Shown piece by piece: positions 1 through 9,914 of a stretch of 64,000 nucleotides of DNA. The stretch's first letter is position 1. Each line of letters opens with the position of its first letter. Location of the stretch: assembly GCA_049999805.1 (NCBI GenBank), contig JBNGIO010006150.1:103661-167660 (forward strand). The letters are read 5' to 3'. The notes under the pieces are model-generated. The model was not told the origin of the DNA and did no database searches. It was given only the letters and a program-made list of their open reading frames with translations. The translations under genes were made by a program, and so were the position numbers. The stretch is from Folioceros fuciformis (lineage: Eukaryota).

Positions 1-539
1 ATGCAGTTGTTGTACCATGAACTTTAAAGATGAAATTTTAAAATTATGATAAAGATGACAAGGCATGACACCACATCTTTGGAGGTAGTAGAGGCACTCT
101 AAATGTTGAGGCTATTGTCCAGGGATAGCAATTCTTTGTGGAATGATTGGGAGGGAGTATAGCAAATTATCTGCGATTCAGTTGTGGGTGTGTGAAGGAA
201 ACGTCTGATTGAGGCACCATGCTATGAAAAAGCCTTAGCCTAAGAAGATTGTGAGTATTGAAGGGCCATGGAGTAGGACATTATCTTCTATCCCCAATGC
301 AATTGCTTATGAGTTGGGTTCAAGGTTTCATATGTATGTGTGGCAAATAAGAGCATTGCTACCTATCCAATAGCGACCAAATTTAAGGGGTTTGAGTGCT
401 GCTATGAATTCAATCGTAGCGACAAAGGGATCACCTTCTATCCGCAGTGCAATTGCCGATGAGCTGGGCTCAAGGTCACATATGTATGGGTGGCAAATAA
501 GAGCGTTGTTAGCAAGCCAATAGTGATAAAGGGATTGAG

Positions 540-1330
540 TGATGCTATCGATGCTACGGATCCAATTATAGCGACAAAGGATTCAAGTGTTGCTACCTTT
601 TTTTGTACTGACAAAGAGATCAAGCATTGCTGCCATTTTTATATTGACAAAAGGATGGAGTCCTTCTACTACTTTAATAGTGAAAAAAGGATGAAAGGTA
701 TCAAGTGTTGCTACCAATTTTATATTGACCAAGGGATGGAGTGCTACTATCATTTTAATAGTGACAAAGGGATCAAAGGAATGAAGTGATACTACCATTT
801 TTATAGTGACAAAGGGATCTAAGGAATGAAGTGCTACTACCATTTTTATAGTGACAAAGGAATCAAAGGGATGGAGTACTGCTACAATTTTAAGAGTGGC
901 AAAGATATCATAGGGATCGAGTGTTGCTACCATTTTAATAGTGACAAAGTGATCATAAGAATCAAATGTTGCTACCATTTTAATAGTGACATAGTGATCA
1001 TAAGGATCAAATGTTGTTACCATTTTAATAGTGACAAAGTGATCATAAGGATCGAGAGTTCGTACCATTTTAATAGTGAAAAAGTGATCATAGGGCTCAA
1101 GAGTAGGGACCATTTTAATATTGACAAAGTAATAACAAGGATCAAGTGCAACTACCATTTTAATGGTGACGAAGGGATTAAAGGGATGGGACACTGCTAC
1201 CAGTTTAATAGTGACAAAGGGGTCAAGTGCTGCTACCATGGGGCACTGCTACCATTTTAATAGTGACAAAGGGGTCATTTTTGCTACCATGGGGCATTGC
1301 TACCATTTTAATAGTGACAAAGGGATCGAT
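540..1330. repeat. Degenerate minisatellite, mostly 45-bp units with some 36-bp units (core TGCTACCATTTTAATAGTGACAAAG)
   Basis: Core motif recurs throughout. The ORF track shows 15-aa periodic translations (CCYHFNSDKVIIRIK on +, FVTIKMVATLDPYDH on -). Confidence 0.9.
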
Positions 1331-1380
1331 GGCTCATGATGAAGCTCAGGCATCTTCGAGAGATTTGAACATCACCACCG

Positions 1381-1500
1381 ATGTAGCTTGGACTCACCAC
1401 CAATGTAGCTTGGACTCACCCTAATGTAGCTTGGACTCACCCCAATGTAGCTAGGACTCACCACCAATGTAGCTAGGACTCACCATCAATGTAGCTAGGA
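1381..1500. repeat. ~21-22 bp tandem repeat (AATGTAGCTTGGACTCACCACC)
   Basis: About 5-6 adjacent copies are directly visible. Confidence 0.9.
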
Positions 1501-2001
1501 TTGAATTAAGGGCAAAGCCTTGTAGGCTCTCCAAGGTTCTAGTGGATAAGGCACATGACCCTTGTGTGTCCATGTGCTGAAGGCTTGTGGAGATACTTTT
1601 GGAGCTATATCTAATTTGGGCTTTGCGTAATACATTTTGGTTTTCCGAGTACCAACCCAGCAGTTGCTTCTTATGGTGCTTTCTAGTGCGTATTGCAGTT
1701 GAACATTTACACATTTGATTTTCCGGATATGAACCCAACCGTTTGCGCAGTTCTCTTGGTTTGATCTTGATGACCTTCATTGGTGGATCATCGAACATCG
1801 ATTAGATATCAAAGAGCCATTTCCTCCCAAATCAGTCGAGGGCCTACTTAAGCAAAGAGATAATAGATATCCATCTCCGAACCCTTGAAGCTTTTCTCCC
1901 CATCGGATGCACTCCACGGGGCCATTGGTTCCATGACAGCAGTAACAACTGGCTCGTGGCCGAGTGGACACAAGTACAAGCCCAGGCTTCCGAGCTTCAC
2001 G

Positions 2002-3426
2002 TTATATGCCTCCCTTCATCTTCTGAGTAGTACTGATCCAGGCCAGGGTCCTCTCGCGCGCGTCAGCAGCTCGGTATATCCGGAGCTCAGGCTTGTACGC
2101 CGCGTGATCGTGCGACTCGTCGCAGCTTCGCAACAGACTTTCCAGGTCGCCACTCGACACCGTGGGCTCGGACAAACCGCGATAATCCTCCACCATCAGA
2201 TCCACCAGCTCCGCCACCGGCACCTGTGCATTCCTCCAACGAAAGAGCGGATCCTCCCGAAACCACGTCAACTGCTTCCTCACAAAATTCCTGGACGCCT
2301 TCTGGAAGGACGACAGAAAGTCGTAGAGCTCTTCCTCGCTGCTCCTACCGCCGGAATCCCGGCACCGCTCCAGATACTCCATCGCCTGCCGGTACCCAAT
2401 TGCCCGAGTCGCGGGATTCGTGTTCGGCCTCAACCTTAAGTCCAGCATCCACGAAGCTTCGTGCAGCAAGCCCCGCGGTTCCGCCACCATCTGCTCGCAC
2501 CGTGCATCGATCTGGCGGTAGAGCTCCCGCCGGCACTTGTAGAGGAAATGGCAGCGAAAATCGAAGTCCAGGCTCACGACCGGACTCCGCTTGCCTTTGA
2601 GCGCGAACGGCGCTCGCGGCTGGCCCGTGGCCCGCACGATCTCCAGCGTCCGGTGCAGCCGGTACCAGTCGTTGCGCGTGAGCCGGTCGGCGCTCTCGGG
2701 GTCACCGGCGTCCGCCAACACCTGCACCGCCTGGTCCCAGTTGCCGGTTCGTTGGAGCTCGGCGAGCTCCCTCCCCACGGCCGTAGAGAGATGATGTGAG
2801 GANNNNNNNNNNNNNNNNNNNNNNNNNNNNNNNNNNNNNNNNNNNNNNNNNNNNNNNNNNNNNNNNNNNNNNNNNNNNNNNNNNNNNNNNNNNNNNNNNN
2901 NNCTGAGGTACATTCCTGTGCCGCCCACCACTATCGGGACCTTCCCGGCCTCCAGGACCTTCTTGGTGGCTTGGCGCGCATCGTCGAAGAATGCCCCGGC
3001 TCCGTACTCCGATTCTGGAGAGATGATGTCGATGAGATGGTGGGGGATGCCCATGCGATCATCCGGTGCAGTCTTGGCACTGCCTACATCCAGCCCCTTA
3101 TACACCTGGACGGAGTCGGCGCTCACGATCTCGCCGTCTAGCCTCTTGGCCAGTGCCACCGCCACAGTGCTCTTGCCTACTGCCGTCGGACCGGCTATGA
3201 CGATCACTTTTGGCTTCTGGGTGTCTGACAGATGATGCTCTCCGTGATCAGCCCGAGTGATGATGGGTGGTACTTTCACAATTGCCTTTGGCTTCCTTGT
3301 CCGCGGGGAATGGCAGATTCGATCCAGTCTAATCCCCAGGAGCTCTGACTTGCATGCTTTGCCACATAGCGTATCGTCTGCCCCTGCCCTGACACTTGGT
3401 CCTACATGCGGAGAAACTCTTGCCAT
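2002..3426 (-). CDS. IPT9: tRNA dimethylallyl/isopentenyltransferase, IPT9/MiaA (prokaryote-type) class, with N-terminal organellar transit-like extension
   Basis: P-loop GPTAVGKS, SADSVQVYKGLDVGSAK, PHHLID, VGGTGMYL, AIGYRQ and SRNFVRKQLTWFR motifs. Likely ATG at 3426, directly after a pyrimidine tract plus CAG acceptor. The 100-N gap lies inside the CDS. Confidence 0.93.
   Translation of the reverse strand: MARVSPHVGPSVRAGADDTLCGKACKSELLGIRLDRICHSPRTRKPKAIVKVPPIITRADHGEHHLSDTQKPKVIVIAGPTAVGKSTVAVALAKRLDGEIVSADSVQVYKGLDVGSAKTAPDDRMGIPHHLIDIISPESEYGAGAFFDDARQATKKVLEAGKVPIVVGGTGMYLXXXXXXXXXXXXXXXXXXXXXXXXXXXXXXXXXXSSHHLSTAVGRELAELQRTGNWDQAVQVLADAGDPESADRLTRNDWYRLHRTLEIVRATGQPRAPFALKGKRSPVVSLDFDFRCHFLYKCRRELYRQIDARCEQMVAEPRGLLHEASWMLDLRLRPNTNPATRAIGYRQAMEYLERCRDSGGRSSEEELYDFLSSFQKASRNFVRKQLTWFREDPLFRWRNAQVPVAELVDLMVEDYRGLSEPTVSSGDLESLLRSCDESHDHAAYKPELRIYRAADARERTLAWISTTQKMKGGI
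2803..2902. other. Assembly gap (100 N)
   Basis: Run of exactly 100 N, a standard placeholder length. Confidence 1.
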
Positions 3427-4304
3427 GCTGCAGGAAAGGGAAAGGGGGAAAAAAAAACACAGAGAATAGTGGAAAATGAGATTGCCTGAAACGGACAGAT
3501 TTTCATTGAGAGCATAACCGAGCCTGCTATAGCCTAAGCGTAGGAGGAGGGAATTCTCGGGCGCAGGGGAGAAGGGGAAGGGGTAGGACATGCCTTGTGC
3601 CTGTAGTCAGTCGTTCTAGTGTCAGGACTCAAGCGGGGTCAGTCCATCTGTTCCACCTGCGGGAATTGTGATCAGGAATTGAAGCATTGCATCAAAGTTC
3701 TAGCAACCCGGCTCAGGATACGCACTCCCCTGAAACAAGCTCAGGCATTCTGTACGCTTGCGTGGGAAGCTTACGGGGAGATGTAGCCCCCGGCATCTCA
3801 TCCTCCTCACCTCCGCATTCAGGAGCGGTAGAGCTCCATCTGCAGGCAAGCATGAAGTAAATATATCAGAAGGCAAATACATCAGAAGAGTCTCCAGACT
3901 CATCCAGCAATCACTACTGCCTGTCTGCCACAGCAGGAAGGGTGGGGGTGAGTGAAGACTGTCTGTTAAGAAGAAGATGTGACCGAGCTTGTCAGCATTC
4001 TGGAAGGACGCTACATGGAAGGGGTGTGGCGTTTCCACAACAGGAAGATACAGCTGTGCTTGACATCAATGAGAGCTTTGCAGGAGACGCACCTTCAAGG
4101 CAAAGGTCTCGGCTGACCAGTCCCCTTGCTTGTCTCTTCTGAGGGCCACATCGTGCAGAGTCCATGGCTCCTGGCACATTTCCTGCCCTACAGCAGCACA
4201 CTCCCCCGGCTCCTGCTCCGGGCTCCACAACACAGTGTGCTTCCTCCGAGTGCCATCGGATCCGAGAGGAACTTGTTTGGGCACAGAAATGAACCCTGTC
4301 CCGA

Positions 4305-4358
4305 ACCGACTCAACCCGACCCGACCCGACCCAGGCCAACCCGGCCCGGCCCGACCCG
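4305..4358. repeat. (CCGAC/CCGGC)n low-complexity microsatellite
   Basis: Direct inspection. Confidence 0.75.
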
Positions 4359-5801
4359 AGCAGAAGCTTCTCATCAGCCTTCGTCGCGCCCTGCCACCGA
4401 CAAGCCAGGCGGACGATTGCACACAATCCTGGTCATCATGGAAGCGGTTGCTTCTTCCAGACGCCTGCATTCATTTGCAAGACATAGGCGGGGCCTCGTG
4501 CGGCACGCAAATTGTACCTCCTGAGAGTCGAGGCACATATTGCACCGGCGTGCCTCTTCATCGCTCTGTCGCCCATGACGGCCATGGGTTTTGGCTTTCC
4601 ACTCTGGAAGGAGCTTTGTCAGCTTCATCAGTCTACAGATTCTCCAGGGATGCAAGAGAGCAGCCGGCATGTGCCCTCAAGCTTGGCTGCTTCTGCCCAC
4701 TAGCCTCACGCCTGCACCATTTCCCGGGCAGTACTGCAAGTGGTCACGGTGGCCTTCGCGTTCTCCTGGCTTGACTACACTGCCTGACGCATGATGCGTA
4801 CGGATTACCGACTTCACCACTGCCTTGAATCATCCAGGTCCAACGCACATCTGCACTTATCATCAGACAGCACTTCACTTATATCACTGCTGTTATCACA
4901 GATCAGGCAACGATCTGCATAATGAAGAGCAGCAAGCCTGATGACAATGGACCGACTTGTTACACAACTGCTATAGCTTGGGCAGGAATCTGACGATAAC
5001 TGGGCCCAATGTCTGGCCCAGTCAAACTCGTGTTGGGGCCCACGTGACGTACATGCTCCAGACCAGGAGTTCAGACTTTGTTTTAGTGCACACGTCTCCT
5101 GGTGAGCGTGCAGCTTTTGATGAGGCGGCATGTTTGTACTGTACCGGCAATGAACCTCGGGACCGAAAGAAGAATACCCGTGCACGCGCCACCCGTCCTC
5201 TCTAAGCCAAATGGCATGTGGGCTCTTGCGGGTGTGGAAAGCTATCTAGCAGGGAATCCTCAAAGTTGGATGTCAGCTTGTCGGTGATGGCCATGTTACC
5301 CTCCATGTGCTACCCTGAACAACGCTTCCATCTGGAAAAGGGCATGCAGAAGGTGCTGCTTCGGTCTCAGGTTCCTAAGACCTTGTGATTGTCAGTCAAA
5401 AAAAGAACAGCGCACACATGGATGTCACAATCATTCTTCTTCTTATTGAGTTTTCTCATCTGGACCCACCAAGCCACCTCATCAAATCCTGAAGGCAGGT
5501 GCAAGCGAAGTCTAATGAAGCTGCCACAAGGGGAAACTACTGTAAGGCCCTGTCAAGCTGCTGCTTTCAGGGAGAGGTGAAGAGGGTAAGGCGGAGGCCC
5601 TTCGCTGTTTCACCTAGCTATAGGCCCCTTCGATGTGGACCCATTTTCCACCTCATGTTTCTGCCACCTCTGACAGATTTTTGCATGTGCCTTACGGCAT
5701 CCTGTCATGTTGAAAGATACAAACAGGAAGCGCAAGCGAGTTCAAAAACCGTTTGCCGTTAAGAATCCGCCCGAAAGTAGAGTTGTTGTCAAGTTGCTTG
5801 T

Positions 5802-8800
5802 TCAGTGCCCATCTCCACATGAACAAAACCCATTCACGAAATGGTGTACGCGGTGGGCATCTCTGACAATGATCTCCCGCTGTTCAATCTTTGACATCAT
5901 CTTGGTTCCACTGTGGCAGTCAATGCACATTCGCAGGTTCTTGGTGACGACCAGAGTGGTTCCGCCTGGGGTGTTGAGAAGACCGTAAGCCAGTGCCAGC
6001 TTCTCAGCATGTCCACACAGGGGATCCTCCTTCTCTGAAACCGATCCTGATGGCAACACCAGCTGCGCGTGTGGCACATGGGTTCCATCCTCCTCCAACT
6101 GCATATTAGCACTCCTGAGCCTGGAAGACGTGTCCAGTCTCTCTTCTCCTACGAAAAATGTGTGAACTTTGCGATTTACCTCAATCCAAGCCTGGGCGGG
6201 CTTTTTGCATGCACCTGCAGCCTTCCTTAATTCTTCCACCTTGTCTGCTTCTGTCCGCCTACCAGCACTCGAATACATGCTGGCCAGCATTGCATACGAA
6301 GATGCAATTTGAGGATCCATACGGATCAGATGGTCAAAACACCGCCTGGCACACTCTAAGCTGCCATGACTCTTGCAGGAACTCAGCAAAGATGTCCATC
6401 CCACAACGTTCTTCTCGAATGGCATGGCTTTCAACATGTCTTCCGCGGCGTGAAGGTCACCAGAACGCCCAAGAATATCCACCATGCAATTGAAGTGATG
6501 CAGGTTGGGGGTGATGCGGTAGCCCTCAGCCATCATTTTGAAATAATGCCTACCCTCATTCAGTAGTCCACTATGGCTACATGCCACGAGAAGACATAAA
6601 AATGTTGTGCCATCAGGCTCGACGCCCTGCTGTTGCATCTCTTCGAAACACTGCATCGCTTTTAGACCGTTGTTATGTTGGCCACAGCTATTCAGCAGCG
6701 CATTCCATGTAACCACATCTTTGGTTGGCAACCTATCAAACACCTGACAGGCATCTACTAAGCTCCCGCATTTCCCGTACATGTCTACCAAGGTGCTACC
6801 GATAACCACATCAGCTTCCAGACCTCGTTTCTGGATCTCACAATGGAGCTGTCTTCCTTGATCGACAGCACCCACGCTTGCACATGCTTTTAACAGGCAC
6901 ACAAGTGTATAATTATCAACTGGAGTAATGCGGTGCTTTGCCATGTCCGCATAAAGGGCAAGGGCTTCTGGCCCAAGACCCTGTTGAGTATATCCCGAGA
7001 TCATAACAGTCCATGACACCTCATCTTTGCTCTGCAACTTGTCGAAAACTTTGCGAGCATCTTCCAAGCTCCCACATTTCACATACATGTCCATGAGGTT
7101 ACCAGCAACAACTGGATCGGATTGCAGACCTTTCTTCTGCACCTGAATATGAAGCTGCCTGCCCAGATCTAAAGCTCCAATGCTCCCACATGCTTTCACA
7201 AGGCAAGCAAACGTGAAATGGTCTGCTGAGATTCTGCAACCTTCCTCCATACATGCATAAACAGCGAGAGCTTGCTGACCAAAGCCATGCTCGACATATC
7301 CTGCAAGCAGTGCATTCCATGTGACAACATTCTTTGTGGGCAGCCTGTCAAACACTGCGCGAGCAATCACTATGCTCCCACATTTTGCATACATATCGAC
7401 CAGGCTGCTACCAACAACCACATCAGCTTCTAGTCCCCTGTTCTGAATATCAGCATGAAGCTGTTGCCCTTCATGTAAAGCGCCAACAGCAGCGCATGCT
7501 TTCAAGAGGCACACAAACGTGACTACATCAGCTTGACTGATCCCCTCCTGTTGCATAAGGCAAAAAACATGAAGGGCTTCTCGACCAAGCCCATGCTCAG
7601 CATATGCAGAGATCATCGCAGTCCAAGTGATCACATTCTTCACAGGCAAACTGTCAAACAGTTTACGAGCATCTTCTAAGCTGCCACACTTTGCATACAT
7701 ATCCAGCAAGCAGTTGGCAACAGCAATCTCAGCTCCAAGCCTCCGTTCCTGAATCAGCAAATGCAGCTTCCTCCCCTGATGTAAGGCTCCAGTCTGTGCA
7801 CATGCTTTCAAGAGGCAGACAAACGTTACAGTATTTGCTGCTGCCGTGCTGTCCTTTTGCATATTTGCATACAGAGATAGAACCTCTTGTCCGAGCCCAT
7901 GGTTAGCATATCCAGACATCATCGCATTCCATGTGACCATATCCCTGCGTGTCATTGCATCAAACACTCTGCGAGCATCACCCAAGCTACCGCATTTTGC
8001 ATACATATCAATCAGACAGTTGCAAATTGACAAGTCTTTTCCGAGCCCTCTTTCCTGAATGTGGAAATGAAGCTTCTTGCCCTCTTGAAGCGCTCCAACA
8101 CTTGCACAAGCATTAAGGAGACATTTAAACGTAACCCAGTCACCCACAGTCATACCATCCTGCTGCATACTCTCATACAACGCGAGCGCTTCTCTACCCA
8201 ACCCATACTGAGCATATCCTGCTATCATAGCAGTCCAAGTGACCACATTTTTCCACCGCAATTCATCAAACACCCTGCGGGCATCCTCTAAGCTGCCAGT
8301 CTTCACATACATGTTTACCAGGCAGCTCCCAAGTACAACACTGGGTTCACCTTCACCTACCAAAACATCAGCGTGGACCTGCCTCCCAGATGCCAAATCT
8401 ACTGCCATTCCACAGGCTTTAAGAACGGCCACAAATATTCCATGGTCTGGCTTCACACTCGACAGACGCATCTGTCGATACAGTTGCAGGGTCTGCACGG
8501 GCCTCCCATTTGCAACATGCACCGCAATCATGAAACCCCACAGAGAACAGTCTGGCTCTACCACATCCAAAAACAAGCCCATGGCTTCCTGCAACCTTCC
8601 ATGAGAAGCGTACATGCGGATGATATGGTGCGCCAGATATGTGTGTGCCCCGTGCCCACCTTGGAGAGTAAGAGCATGGACACGCCTGCCAACAACCAAA
8701 TTTTTGTTCTGAACGCACCCTCGTAGAACTTGATAGAAGAGGTATTTTGGAACAGAAGACCCTCTCTGCACCAGAACATCCAGTCCTTCAATTGCCTGGC

Positions 8801-8936
8801 TGTCTGTGAGATCGCCCTGACAAAGCCTGTTCCAAATCCCAGCCTCTGACACCCGTTCGACATGGGACATTAAGCATTTTCTGGCCCCTGGAAGCAAGCT
8901 TGAGCCACTCACACATCTTACGGTGGATGCCAGCAT
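5802..8936 (-). CDS. PLS-class PPR protein with E1/E2 and DYW:KP-type deaminase domain ending DGH; putative organellar U-to-C RNA editing factor
   Basis: Intronless 1044-aa ORF with repeated P-L-S triplets (MYAKCGSLEDARxVFD / VTWNAMI). KKPAQAWIEV replaces the PG box, followed by CGHAEKLALAYG, KNLRMCIDCH and HHFxxGxCSCGDGH. Confidence 0.96.
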   Translation of the reverse strand: MLASTVRCVSGSSLLPGARKCLMSHVERVSEAGIWNRLCQGDLTDSQAIEGLDVLVQRGSSVPKYLFYQVLRGCVQNKNLVVGRRVHALTLQGGHGAHTYLAHHIIRMYASHGRLQEAMGLFLDVVEPDCSLWGFMIAVHVANGRPVQTLQLYRQMRLSSVKPDHGIFVAVLKACGMAVDLASGRQVHADVLVGEGEPSVVLGSCLVNMYVKTGSLEDARRVFDELRWKNVVTWTAMIAGYAQYGLGREALALYESMQQDGMTVGDWVTFKCLLNACASVGALQEGKKLHFHIQERGLGKDLSICNCLIDMYAKCGSLGDARRVFDAMTRRDMVTWNAMMSGYANHGLGQEVLSLYANMQKDSTAAANTVTFVCLLKACAQTGALHQGRKLHLLIQERRLGAEIAVANCLLDMYAKCGSLEDARKLFDSLPVKNVITWTAMISAYAEHGLGREALHVFCLMQQEGISQADVVTFVCLLKACAAVGALHEGQQLHADIQNRGLEADVVVGSSLVDMYAKCGSIVIARAVFDRLPTKNVVTWNALLAGYVEHGFGQQALAVYACMEEGCRISADHFTFACLVKACGSIGALDLGRQLHIQVQKKGLQSDPVVAGNLMDMYVKCGSLEDARKVFDKLQSKDEVSWTVMISGYTQQGLGPEALALYADMAKHRITPVDNYTLVCLLKACASVGAVDQGRQLHCEIQKRGLEADVVIGSTLVDMYGKCGSLVDACQVFDRLPTKDVVTWNALLNSCGQHNNGLKAMQCFEEMQQQGVEPDGTTFLCLLVACSHSGLLNEGRHYFKMMAEGYRITPNLHHFNCMVDILGRSGDLHAAEDMLKAMPFEKNVVGWTSLLSSCKSHGSLECARRCFDHLIRMDPQIASSYAMLASMYSSAGRRTEADKVEELRKAAGACKKPAQAWIEVNRKVHTFFVGEERLDTSSRLRSANMQLEEDGTHVPHAQLVLPSGSVSEKEDPLCGHAEKLALAYGLLNTPGGTTLVVTKNLRMCIDCHSGTKMMSKIEQREIIVRDAHRVHHFVNGFCSCGDGH

Positions 8937-9914
8937 TTTGAAAGCCCAGCAAACAAATCGGCACGATAGGTGCTGGGTAGTTCAGCATAAATTCGGAGGC
9001 ACCTTGGTGAACATGAATTCAAAGAGCAACTGACCCATCCTAAGCACCAGATCAGGCCCCTCCTTCCTGCCCCATTCCCCATCGTCGGGACGCAGCTGAC
9101 TCGTTAGCTGAATCCTTGAAGTGCACAGAGGACCTCCCTCCGCTGCAGCCAGAACTAGCCCAACTGAGAGCAACCATAATCATCGAGAACGCCACATACT
9201 ATACTCCTGCAAGCCTCCAGGAAAGCCCAGTTTGTCCTGATCCAACCGAAGACAGCTGTCCCCTAATATCACAAATCTCCCGAACTGTCGTGGATCAGGG
9301 GGGAGCTTTTACTGGCTCAGCCAAGAGAGTGAGAATCCCATTGCAAGACAGGAACTCGTTGAACTTGATTAGCTCTTACCATCGAAGAGCCAAAAGTTGT
9401 AAATGGCTTGCCTTCCATGAAGTGAATCGACATATACATCTGTGGAAAGGACAACTTCATGTGTGACCTGACTTGTAGCCTCCAGTTACAGCTGTGTAAG
9501 ACTATTCAGCGTGAGCTATTTCACGAAGGTTGAATCATGCTGATGAGAAATATGTTTCCCCAGTTATTCAGGCGGCGCCCACGAGGGTCCATACAGCTAG
9601 CGAGGTATATCAGATCAATGTAGCCCGGAATTAGATGCAACAAAGTGATTCCTATGCCCACGTACAAGGAGGTGTTTGTGTCTATCGTCGAAGACTACGA
9701 CATGGATATAGGAGCAATTGTGAACCAATCTTCCCAGGAGATCAAATACAAGTTGACAGTATCCTCATCCCATCCTTGCACGCACATCCTGTACTGCGTA
9801 AAGATGCATGTATTCAACCAGAGAGAAAAGATTTGGAGGAAGACATGGGACGCACCATAGCTGGATTTCGCATTCTGGCGTGACTCATGGGGCCGACGTT
9901 CGTTACTGCTAGCT

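Noticed and set aside
1-480. Possible retrotransposon pol remnant
   Set aside because: Heavily interrupted by stops, with no diagnostic RT, RNase H or integrase motif identifiable by eye.
3427-3591. N-terminal 55-aa extension of the IPT ORF
   Set aside because: It contains a polypyrimidine tract and a CAG acceptor just before ATG 3426, so it is more likely 5'-UTR intron sequence.
3650-5750. Many overlapping short ORFs between IPT and the first PPR
   Set aside because: No recognisable domain or consistent exon chain. Probably UTR, promoter or decayed sequence.
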